Assembly: GCA_913041905.1 (NCBI GenBank)
Contig: CAJWJQ010000002.1
Coordinates: 1 to 48,404 of the forward strand
Source of the DNA: an uncultured Gammaproteobacteria bacterium
GTDB taxonomy: Bacteria > Pseudomonadota > Gammaproteobacteria > GCA-002705445 > GCA-002716945
DNA: 48,404 bases
Direction: 5' to 3'
The notes under the pieces are model-generated. The model was not told the origin of the DNA. It searched no databases and saw nothing but the letters and a program-made list of their open reading frames with translations. Position numbers and translations under genes: made by a program. Numbering within the stretch: the stretch's first letter is position 1; each line of letters begins with the position of its first letter. Positions 19,006 to 27,371 of this stretch are shown in pieces.

Positions 19006-20310
19006 CTAATTTATCCCGTAGGCTCTTTTAAATAAACTAATTGGGTGTATTGGCGGGATTTTATTACCGACAGCATTTACAATATGATGCGCTGCTAACG
19101 TGCAATCACTGGTTAAAATTTCTGCTTTATCTTTATTAAATTCTCTTACTATTGGTTTTGCTATCTTTATCGCAATTTCATGAGTCTCTTTTTTAACACC
19201 ATAAGTTCCATCATGTCCAGAACATTTTTCTACAGCATTAACATTGGTATTTGGTATAAGTTCTAAAACTTTTTTAGTTACTTGTCCAATATTTTGCACT
19301 CTCTGATGGCATGCAACTTGATAAAAAATAGAGCCTAGATCTTGTTTAAAATCAATTTTAAGATTACCATCTTCATGAAGGTTTAATAGATATTCAAAAG
19401 GGTCATAAATTGAGTCTGCAATTTTTTTAATTTCTATATCATTAGGAAATAATAGTGGCAGTTCTTTTTTAAACATCAATACACACGAAGGGACTGGCGC
19501 TATAATTTTAAATCCTTTTTCAATATAACGCATTAATTTGACAGAATTTTGTTGTATTACTTTTTCTACTGTCGCCAAATCTCCTAATTCAAGTTTTGGC
19601 ATTCCGCAACATTGATCATCTTTTATAACTTCAATGTTAATATTATTGTGTTGTAATACTAACACTAAATCATCGATCACCTGTGGCTCATTATAATTAT
19701 GATAACAGGTTGTATATATCGCTACCTTATGTATAGAATTATCATTGCTTGAAAGTTTTTTAAATTTGGATTTAGCTGTTATAGCAGAAAATTTTGGCAA
19801 TACAGCATTTTTATGAATATGTAAAATTTTCTCTAACAAGATTCTAAAAGGTTTTAACTTATTAAAGAAATTAACTATGTGTGAAATAATTTTTCTAGAG
19901 AAAACTACACCTAAAAGATCGGTAGATGTTAATAATCTATCTCTAAAAGATGGTTTTAATTTATTAAATTTTATTGCTTTGCCTCTTAACATTAAGTGTG
20001 GGAAGTCAATTTTCCAATCATGAGGTGGCACATATGGGCATTTCGTCATAAAACATAAATCACATAAATAACAATGACTGATGACAGACTCAAAATCATT
20101 ATACTCTACCCCATCAACCTCAAACGTTTTCGAGTTATCTATTAGGTCAAATAATGTGGGGAAAGAGTTGCATAAACTAACACATCTTCTGCATCCATGA
20201 CATGCATCTGCAACCCTTCTTAATTCCTTTTCAAATAATTTTTCATTATAATAATCGGTATTTTTCCAATCGATAACATATCTTTCGGGTTTTTGTAGAC
20301 CACCTTCCAT
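19006..20310 (-). CDS. (Fe-S)-binding CCG-domain oxidoreductase, HdrD/GlpC/LutA-like
   Basis: 434 aa with two 4Fe-4S ferredoxin motifs (CHGCRRCVSLC and CYLCDLCFMTKCP). There are two CCG-type domains, QCCGMP and a degenerate KCSGHDG. A GGAG RBS lies 5 nt upstream of the ATG. Confidence 0.8.
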   Translation of the reverse strand: MEGGLQKPERYVIDWKNTDYYNEKLFEKELRRVADACHGCRRCVSLCNSFPTLFDLIDNSKTFEVDGVEYNDFESVISHCYLCDLCFMTKCPYVPPHDWKIDFPHLMLRGKAIKFNKLKPSFRDRLLTSTDLLGVVFSRKIISHIVNFFNKLKPFRILLEKILHIHKNAVLPKFSAITAKSKFKKLSSNDNSIHKVAIYTTCYHNYNEPQVIDDLVLVLQHNNINIEVIKDDQCCGMPKLELGDLATVEKVIQQNSVKLMRYIEKGFKIIAPVPSCVLMFKKELPLLFPNDIEIKKIADSIYDPFEYLLNLHEDGNLKIDFKQDLGSIFYQVACHQRVQNIGQVTKKVLELIPNTNVNAVEKCSGHDGTYGVKKETHEIAIKIAKPIVREFNKDKAEILTSDCTLAAHHIVNAVGNKIPPIHPISLFKRAYGIN

Positions 20311-20375
20311 CGCTACTCCAGTCTTTTGGGTTTAATATATTGGCAGCTATCCTTAAAAAGAAAGTAAAAAATATT

Positions 20376-20795
20376 TTATGATATTGTCTCTAGAGCTTTA
20401 GCAAATCTATTTGCGTGCGATCTTTCAGCTTTTGCTAAAGTTTCAAACCAATCAGCTATTTCATCAAAACCTTCATCTCTAGCAATTTTGGCCATACCAG
20501 GATACATATCGCTATACTCATGCGTTTCACCAGCTATCGCTGCCTTAAGATTTGCACTGCTGTCTCCAATTGGTTCGCCAGTTGCAGGATCACCACATTC
20601 TTTTTCAAGATATTCCATATGTCCATGCGCATGTCCAGTTTCACCTTCAGCAGTTGATCGAAAAACTGCAGCAACATCGTTTTGACCTTCAACATCAGCT
20701 TTTGCTGCAAAATATAAATACCTTCTATTTGCTTGTGATTCACCAGAAAATGCATCTTTAAGACTTTGTTCAGTTTTGGAACCCTTTAAATTCAT
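20376..20795 (-). CDS. Rubrerythrin-family diiron protein lacking the rubredoxin domain (erythrin type)
   Basis: 139 aa with the four-helix-bundle ligand pattern GESQA / EGETGHAHGH / AGETHEY / AERSHANRF. There are no C-terminal CxxC pairs. AGGAGA RBS upstream. Confidence 0.85.
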   Translation of the reverse strand: MNLKGSKTEQSLKDAFSGESQANRRYLYFAAKADVEGQNDVAAVFRSTAEGETGHAHGHMEYLEKECGDPATGEPIGDSSANLKAAIAGETHEYSDMYPGMAKIARDEGFDEIADWFETLAKAERSHANRFAKALETIS

Positions 20796-20818
20796 TTTAT
20801 TCTCCTTTTTTTAAATAA

Positions 20819-20835
20819 CTTAGAATCATTCTAAG
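20819..20835 (-). promoter_or_regulatory. Perfect 8-1-8 palindrome CTTAGAAT-C-ATTCTAAG, an Irr/ICE-like operator candidate
   Basis: Read directly from the sequence. The core TTAGAA-N3-TTCTAA equals the core of the ICE consensus TTTAGAA-N3-TTCTAAA. It lies 24-40 nt upstream of the rubrerythrin ATG. Confidence 0.6.
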
Positions 20836-20856
20836 TCTAATTATAGCGGTTGTCAA
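20828..20856 (-). promoter_or_regulatory. Predicted sigma70-type promoter of the rubrerythrin operon
   Basis: On the minus strand: -35 TTGACA (20856-20851), a 17-nt spacer, and -10 TAGAAT (20833-20828). The -10 lies inside the palindrome. Confidence 0.55.
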
Positions 20857-20902
20857 TTGATGCATATAAAAAAAACACGGAAGTATGATAAACTAATATT
20901 TT

Positions 20903-21940
20903 ATGGAAATTAAAAAAATTTTTTTTTCGATATATAAACAGTTAATTTTTCTTCTACCTCCAGAAACAGCTCATTCTGTCACTTTGTCTATGGCAGAAAA
21001 AGTCTATAAATCATTTTTAAAAAATATAGTTTCTTCTAAAATAACAATTAATGAGAGAAAAGTTATGGGAATTACTTTCCCTAATATGCTTGGACTTGCT
21101 GCAGGTTTTGATAAAAACGGTGACTATTTAAATTTTATAAATAACATAGGATTAGGCTTTGTTGAGTTAGGCACGATAACACCAAAACCTCAGTACGGAA
21201 ATAACAAACCTAGAATATTTAGAGTTACCAGCGAAGAAGCAATTATTAATCATCTTGGTTTTAATAATAAAGGAGTATCTTACTTAAAAGAAAAACTTAG
21301 ACATTTTAATAGGAATATACCAATTGGTATAAATATTGGTAAAAATAGTAGTACTCCAATTGATAAAGCTTATGAAGACTATGAGTATTGTATGCATGAA
21401 ATTTTTGAATTTTCTGATTATCTTACGTTAAATATATCTTCACCTAATACTCTCAAGCTCAGAGAGCTTCATTCTAAAGATTATTTAGATAATTTTTTAA
21501 AAAAAATTAAAACCACTCATGAAAAATTATCAAAAAGATATAAAAAAAATGTTCCTTTATTACTAAAAATATCTCCAGATATTACTCAAGAAGATCTTGA
21601 TAATATTTGTAATTCTATAAAACATTATGGTATTGATGGTGTCATAGCAACAAATACTACTATAGATAAATCAATTCTAAAAAATAAAAAACTTTTAAGA
21701 TATAGTGGCGGTGTTAGTGGTATGCCGTTATTAACAAAATCTAATAAAATTATTGAATCATTAAAAAAACTTGTAGGAAGTAATGTGGCTATTATTGGTT
21801 GTGGAGGTGTATCATCAAAAGAAGCAGCTTTAAATAAGATTGCGTTAGGCTCTGATTTAATACAACTATACACGGGTCTTGTTTATTCAGGAACAAGTTT
21901 GATTCAAGAAATTACAGGTTTAAACAATAAGTCTATTTAG
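20903..21940 (+). CDS. pyrD: Dihydroorotate dehydrogenase (quinone), class 2
   Basis: 345 aa with an N-terminal membrane-association helix and GLAAGFDKNG, GFVELGTITPKPQ, NISSPNT and IGCGGV motifs. Confidence 0.9.
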   Translation: MEIKKIFFSIYKQLIFLLPPETAHSVTLSMAEKVYKSFLKNIVSSKITINERKVMGITFPNMLGLAAGFDKNGDYLNFINNIGLGFVELGTITPKPQYGNNKPRIFRVTSEEAIINHLGFNNKGVSYLKEKLRHFNRNIPIGINIGKNSSTPIDKAYEDYEYCMHEIFEFSDYLTLNISSPNTLKLRELHSKDYLDNFLKKIKTTHEKLSKRYKKNVPLLLKISPDITQEDLDNICNSIKHYGIDGVIATNTTIDKSILKNKKLLRYSGGVSGMPLLTKSNKIIESLKKLVGSNVAIIGCGGVSSKEAALNKIALGSDLIQLYTGLVYSGTSLIQEITGLNNKSI

Positions 21941-22214
21941 GTTTCCAGATTCCAAAGGCTTCTTGCTTATTGTCAGGTTGTTGGTTAGGTATATCTTGAA
22001 TTTGCTGTTTATATACATACCTAATAAAATCTAAAATCTGATTTAGTATTTCATCCTGTTGCTCTTTTGGTAAATTTGATGTAGCAATAATTGATCCTAC
22101 TACAGCTGATAAATATTGTGCAGCAAGAATAGGATCTTCATTAGCAGGCTCATAATCTACAAGCACTTTCTGCAATTCCTTAATTAATTCAGGTTTTAAA
22201 ACTATCTCGGTCAT
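21933..22214 (-). CDS. Hypothetical acidic 93-aa protein
   Basis: Open frame in AT-rich DNA. Its 3' end overlaps pyrD by 8 nt (convergent). I recognise no motif. Confidence 0.4.
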   Translation of the reverse strand: MTEIVLKPELIKELQKVLVDYEPANEDPILAAQYLSAVVGSIIATSNLPKEQQDEILNQILDFIRYVYKQQIQDIPNQQPDNKQEAFGIWKPK

Positions 22215-22264
22215 AAAATTATTGTATAATGATAATCATATAAACTATTACAAATTAATTTAAT

Positions 22265-22960
22265 ATGCAAGATTTAAAATCTTATACAATAAAAACTTTT
22301 GAAGTTGGTCCGATGTTAAATTTCATATATTTAATAATTGATAATAGAACTAAATATACAGCAATCATAGATCCAGCTTGGGATTTATCTGAGATATACA
22401 AATATATTGATGACAATAATTTAATTTTACAAAAAATACTATTAACGCATAGTCATCATGATCATGTTAATGCTATTGATGAGATTCTAAAAATGTATGA
22501 CGTACCTGTGCACATAAATGATAAAGAAAGGTCTTTTTGGGGGGAAAATTATGATAATTTTTTAATAAATCATGGAGGCGATACAATAAAACTAGGCGAT
22601 TTAGATATTAAATCTATCCATAGCCCAGGACATACTCCAGGCTCTACATGTTATCACCTAGATAAAAATCTAATTGCTGGTGATACTCTTTTTGTTTTTG
22701 GCTGCGGGAGATGTGATTTACACGGAGGGAGCCCAGAAGAAATGTTTAAAACTTTGGGTCATATAAAATCATCGTTAGATAAAAATACAGTAATACTGCC
22801 AGGTCATAATTATTCAATAAAAAAAGAGTCTACTCTAAATGAAGAACTTATAGGTAATCCATTTTTTCATTTTACCCAATTAGAAAATTTTATCGAATAT
22901 AGAATGAAGGTGCATGATAACATACGATCATCCCCTTACTCTCCAGTAGAAAAAAAATAA
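22265..22960 (+). CDS. MBL-fold metallo-hydrolase (glyoxalase II-like)
   Basis: 231 aa with the THSHHDH metal-binding motif, plus downstream HSPGHTPGS and LPGH. Confidence 0.8.
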   Translation: MQDLKSYTIKTFEVGPMLNFIYLIIDNRTKYTAIIDPAWDLSEIYKYIDDNNLILQKILLTHSHHDHVNAIDEILKMYDVPVHINDKERSFWGENYDNFLINHGGDTIKLGDLDIKSIHSPGHTPGSTCYHLDKNLIAGDTLFVFGCGRCDLHGGSPEEMFKTLGHIKSSLDKNTVILPGHNYSIKKESTLNEELIGNPFFHFTQLENFIEYRMKVHDNIRSSPYSPVEKK

Positions 22961-22961
22961 A

Positions 22962-23459
22962 TTAATTATTATTGTTATTAATTTTAGCTATTAATTTATT
23001 AAAAATTAATGATGACGCTGTAGATATCATCTGATTTTGTATATATTTTTCTCTATCAGAATTTCCCATTATATTATTTTCATCAAATGAATAATCTCTA
23101 TACAAAACTATTGAATCAGACGATTTCCCAAGTGGAGAATTTATTTCAAAATTAACTGTATAAATAATCTCATATTCATTTACTCTGCCAGTAATATTTA
23201 TGGATAGTTGTCTTCGATTAAAGTTTTCTGATAAAATTATAATTCTATTTAGGTCCTTATTTTTACTATTTGTAACTTTTATATTATTACTAATTAAAAT
23301 TTTACTTATTGAGTTTACTATAGCGCTGTATTCATTTGCGCTAACTGATATTTCTTTAATGTTATTTGGTATATTAATATTTCCTCTTAAGGTATATCCA
23401 CATGATGTGATAATTAAGATTAGGCAAATTGGTAATAATTTTTTACAAAATAAATTCAT
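22962..23459 (-). CDS. lptE: LPS-assembly lipoprotein LptE
   Basis: 165 aa with a signal peptide and lipobox (IITSCGYTLRG, like the CGFHLRG of LptE). Lies immediately downstream of leuS, as is conserved. Confidence 0.7.
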   Translation of the reverse strand: MNLFCKKLLPICLILIITSCGYTLRGNINIPNNIKEISVSANEYSAIVNSISKILISNNIKVTNSKNKDLNRIIILSENFNRRQLSINITGRVNEYEIIYTVNFEINSPLGKSSDSIVLYRDYSFDENNIMGNSDREKYIQNQMISTASSLIFNKLIAKINNNNN

Positions 23460-23461
23460 TT

Positions 23462-25894
23462 TTAAATTACATAGTTTATTAATTTATTCTTAATATAAAT
23501 AATTTTTTTTATGTCTTGGTTTTCAAGATATTTATATATTTTTTTATCTTCTTGAATAATATTATTAATTTGAGATTCGCTAGACTCAATATCTATAATA
23601 ATTCTGCCTCTAAGCTTACCATTTATTTGAACAATAATCTCTTTTTTAGTTTCTACAAGTGCTTCTGAATCTACTATTGGCCAAGATTCATTCATTATTA
23701 AATTGTTATTACCTAAAGCTACCCATAACTCTTGAGTAATATGTGGGACAATAGGTGATAATAACTTTAACATTGCCTTTAAACCTTCATTACAAACCTC
23801 TTTATTGCTTTCATCTGATTGTTCGTACTTAATTAAATCATTAGACAACTCCATAACTGCTGCAATAGCAGTATTAAAGTTTTGTCTATCAAAAATGTCT
23901 CTTGATACTTTTTCAATTGTTTTGTGTATCTTTGTTAGTATTGTCTTGGAAGATTTATTGTGTTTTTTGTCTTTTTCATCACTCCTATTTATAACTTTAT
24001 AACTAAAAGTCCAAAGACGTTTTAAAAACTTGTATGAGCCTTCTATTGCAGAATCTGACCATTCTAAAGTTTGTTCTGGGGGAGCAGCAAAAATTATAAA
24101 TAATCGCAAAGTATCAGCTCCATATTTTTTTATAATATCATCTGGATTTATAGTGTTTCCTTTGGATTTAGACATTTTTACTCCATCTTTTAAAACCATA
24201 CCTTGTGATAACAATGCTGTAAATGGTTCAGAGCTGGTTACAATTCCTATATCTCGCATCAATTTATGAAAAAAACGAGCATATAATAAATGCAAAATTG
24301 CATGTTCTATGCCTCCAATATATTGGTCAACAGGCATCCATTTTTCTTTTGATTTATCTACTAAGCCTTTATTGTTTTTGGGAGAAAGGAAACGTAAATA
24401 GTACCATGATGATTCAAAAAATGTATCAAATGTATCTGTTTCTCTTATGGCGTTTTTCCCAGTATAAGGACATTTTATGTATTTCCATGTTGGATGATTA
24501 TCTAAAGGATTTCCGTCTTTTTCAAAATTTATATCTTCAGGTAACTTTACAGGCAAGTCCTTTTCTGGAACAGGATAAACCGTTCCGTCATCATGATAAA
24601 AAACGGGTATAGGACAGCCCCAATATCTTTGTCGAGAAATTCCCCAATCTCTCAAACGAAAATTTGTTTTTGGTTTTCCACAATTAATATCAACAAGAGA
24701 CTTAATAATTTCTTTTTTTGCAATACCAGATGACATATTATTAAATTGATTAGAGTTTATGAGAACCCCTTCGCCTGTGTAAGCTCCCTTACTATTTTGT
24801 TTATTTGTTGGTTTAATAACTTCTTGAATATTTAGATTATATTTTGTTGCAAATTCAAAATCTCTTTCATCGTGAGCAGGTACAGACATAACGCATCCTG
24901 TTCCATAGTCTGATAAAACATAATTAGCGACCCAAATAGGTATAACTTCATTGTTTATTGGATTAATAGCTTTAATATCAGTATCCATTCCTTCTTTTTC
25001 AAGATTGCTAATAGTTTCTTCTGAAATTTTTAAGCTAGAACATTTTTCTATAAAAGATTTTATTTTATTATCTAGATTTGCAAGACTCTTAAAAAATTTA
25101 TGATTTGGGGATATAGCTAAAAAGCTTACCCCAAACAATGTATCAACTCTCGTCGTATAAACATCTAAAATATCATTTGTTCCTTGAACTTTGAAACTAA
25201 TCAAGGCTCCTTGCGATTTACCAATCCAATTTTTTTGCATGACCTTAACTGATAATGGCCATTTATCTAAACCATCAATACTAGCAAGTAATTCTTCAGA
25301 ATATTTTGAAATCTTTAAGAACCATTGGGGTATTTCCTTTCGCTCAATGACCGCTCCTGACCTCCATCCTTTACCATCAATAACTTGTTCATTTGCCAAT
25401 ACCGTTTTATCGACTGGATCCCAGTTAACTTCAGATTTTTTTCTATAAACTAAATCTTTTTTTAGTAATTGTATAAAAAACCACTGCTCCCATTTATAAT
25501 AGTCTGGGTCAGATGTTGATAATTCATGATTCCAATCATAAGCATAACCAAGTCTTCTTAATTGTTTTTTCATATGGTTAATATTACTTTCTGTCCACTT
25601 TGCTGGATGAATTTTATTGCTAATAGCTGCATTTTCAGCTGGTAAACCGAAAGAATCCCAGCCCATAGGTTGAAAAATATTTTTTCCTGTCATTTTATTA
25701 GCCCTAGAAATTACATCACCAATGGTATAATTTCGCACATGTCCGATATGAAGTTTCCCGCTAGGATATGGAAACATGCTTAAACAGTAGAATTTGTTGG
25801 ATGTATTGTTTAAATCTGAAGTAAATGCATTATTGGCATCCCAATATTTCTGAATATTTTTTTCTATGGTTTCTGGGTTATACTCTTTATTCAT
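23462..25894 (-). CDS. leuS: Leucyl-tRNA synthetase
   Basis: 810 aa with the HIGH motif (PYPSGKLHIGHVRNY), the KMSKS motif (VKMSKSKGN) and a CP1 editing domain. Confidence 0.95.
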   Translation of the reverse strand: MNKEYNPETIEKNIQKYWDANNAFTSDLNNTSNKFYCLSMFPYPSGKLHIGHVRNYTIGDVISRANKMTGKNIFQPMGWDSFGLPAENAAISNKIHPAKWTESNINHMKKQLRRLGYAYDWNHELSTSDPDYYKWEQWFFIQLLKKDLVYRKKSEVNWDPVDKTVLANEQVIDGKGWRSGAVIERKEIPQWFLKISKYSEELLASIDGLDKWPLSVKVMQKNWIGKSQGALISFKVQGTNDILDVYTTRVDTLFGVSFLAISPNHKFFKSLANLDNKIKSFIEKCSSLKISEETISNLEKEGMDTDIKAINPINNEVIPIWVANYVLSDYGTGCVMSVPAHDERDFEFATKYNLNIQEVIKPTNKQNSKGAYTGEGVLINSNQFNNMSSGIAKKEIIKSLVDINCGKPKTNFRLRDWGISRQRYWGCPIPVFYHDDGTVYPVPEKDLPVKLPEDINFEKDGNPLDNHPTWKYIKCPYTGKNAIRETDTFDTFFESSWYYLRFLSPKNNKGLVDKSKEKWMPVDQYIGGIEHAILHLLYARFFHKLMRDIGIVTSSEPFTALLSQGMVLKDGVKMSKSKGNTINPDDIIKKYGADTLRLFIIFAAPPEQTLEWSDSAIEGSYKFLKRLWTFSYKVINRSDEKDKKHNKSSKTILTKIHKTIEKVSRDIFDRQNFNTAIAAVMELSNDLIKYEQSDESNKEVCNEGLKAMLKLLSPIVPHITQELWVALGNNNLIMNESWPIVDSEALVETKKEIIVQINGKLRGRIIIDIESSESQINNIIQEDKKIYKYLENQDIKKIIYIKNKLINYVI

Positions 25895-27371
25895 ATTTAT
25901 TAGAAGTAAAAAAATAAAAAAACATTATTGAGAATATTAACATCAAAATAGGATAATCTCCAAAATACCTATATGGAGTTTTTCCCTTTGATGATGTAAT
26001 TGATGCATTTAAGATGCCTTCATGGTTTAGAGGGATTGAGTCAATAATTTCACCATCTTTATTAACTACTGCGGATATACCGGTATTAGCAGATCTAACT
26101 AAAAATCTCTGGAACTCTAAGGCTCTAGATTGAGAAATTTCTAAATGTTGGTACGGAGCTAATGAATTACCAAACCATGCATCATTACTAATATTTACAA
26201 TAATACTAAACTCTTTGTTAGTAGTTTCAATAAGCTGTGGGTATGCAGATTCATAACATATTAAAGGTTCAATAAAAATATCATCAAACGATATTTTGGA
26301 TTGATAATTTTTTCCATGAGATAAGTTAGACATTGGTATGTTAAAAACTTTCATTATATGAATAAATAAATTTTTAAATGGAATGTATTCGCCAAATGGA
26401 ACCAAATGTCTTTTATCATAAAATTGCTCCTTATTATTTAAAACTAAAATACTATTAAATGTTTCGTTTGTAACATTATCATACCTAAATACACCTCCAA
26501 TAATATAGTCTGCACGTGACAATAGTTTTTCTTTATAAAAATTCTTGTCGTTTTGATATATTGTTGGTATAGCCGTTTCAGGCAATAGTATAATATCATG
26601 CAAATCATTCCTCTGGAAAATCTCTAAATATTTATCCTTGATAGATTTAATTTCATCACTATTAAACTTTAGGAGTTGATTAATATTTGGCTGTATTATT
26701 GTAATATTATTATTTGTTTTTTTATCAGTGGACCAATTATATTCTATAGAATTAATTATATTTACGCTCAACAGCACAAGAAATAATATAATAGAATATT
26801 TAACAATGTTTTTTCCAATCATAATAACAGCAATTAAAGATGAAATTAATATTGTAAGAAAGCTTACAAAATATGTGCCAAATAATGGATAGAATGCATC
26901 AAATATAGTTCCTATTTGACTTGTTCCAACTAAAAGCCATGGAAACCCCCCAAAAATATTGGACCTTATAAGTTCTATTAAAACTAGTATTGAAGCAGGC
27001 ATAAGAAAATTAAATATTTTTTTTGTAACAATGTCTTTATTAACCATTACGCCTAGTGGTATAAAAAATATAGAAATAAAAAGAATAAGAAAAATAGTGA
27101 CTAGTAATGAGGCAGTTAGATTTTCTCCTCCATAATCATACAGGCTGTTAAATATCCATGAAGTACCAAATGAAAATACCGACAAGCCAAATAAATATGA
27201 TAAATATATACTTGTTCTTTTATCTGAATGGAAAAGTATGTAAAAAAATAAAGCTAATGATAAATAAACGCCAATTTTAAAACTATATGGTGCAAACGAT
27301 GTAGTGTATAAGATTCCTAAAATTATAATGACTATATAATTTAAATATGGTTTATTTTCTAAATATACCAT
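25887..27371 (-). CDS. lnt: Apolipoprotein N-acyltransferase
   Basis: 494 aa with an N-terminal polytopic domain and a C-terminal CN-hydrolase domain (LPETA..., ICYES). Overlaps leuS by 8 nt. Confidence 0.85.
   Translation of the reverse strand: MVYLENKPYLNYIVIIILGILYTTSFAPYSFKIGVYLSLALFFYILFHSDKRTSIYLSYLFGLSVFSFGTSWIFNSLYDYGGENLTASLLVTIFLILFISIFFIPLGVMVNKDIVTKKIFNFLMPASILVLIELIRSNIFGGFPWLLVGTSQIGTIFDAFYPLFGTYFVSFLTILISSLIAVIMIGKNIVKYSIILFLVLLSVNIINSIEYNWSTDKKTNNNITIIQPNINQLLKFNSDEIKSIKDKYLEIFQRNDLHDIILLPETAIPTIYQNDKNFYKEKLLSRADYIIGGVFRYDNVTNETFNSILVLNNKEQFYDKRHLVPFGEYIPFKNLFIHIMKVFNIPMSNLSHGKNYQSKISFDDIFIEPLICYESAYPQLIETTNKEFSIIVNISNDAWFGNSLAPYQHLEISQSRALEFQRFLVRSANTGISAVVNKDGEIIDSIPLNHEGILNASITSSKGKTPYRYFGDYPILMLIFSIMFFYFFTSNKYE

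Noticed and set aside
20488-20761. Three overlapping alternative-frame ORFs inside the rubrerythrin gene.
   Set aside because: They are explained by the locally lower AT content, which leaves few stop codons. The rubrerythrin frame has the complete diiron motif set and an AGGAGA RBS, and the others have neither.
20841-20856. TTGACA followed 5 nt later by TATAAT on the rubrerythrin strand.
   Set aside because: A 5-nt spacer is incompatible with a sigma70 promoter. The same TTGACA pairs with TAGAAT at the correct 17-nt spacing, and that pairing is the one reported.
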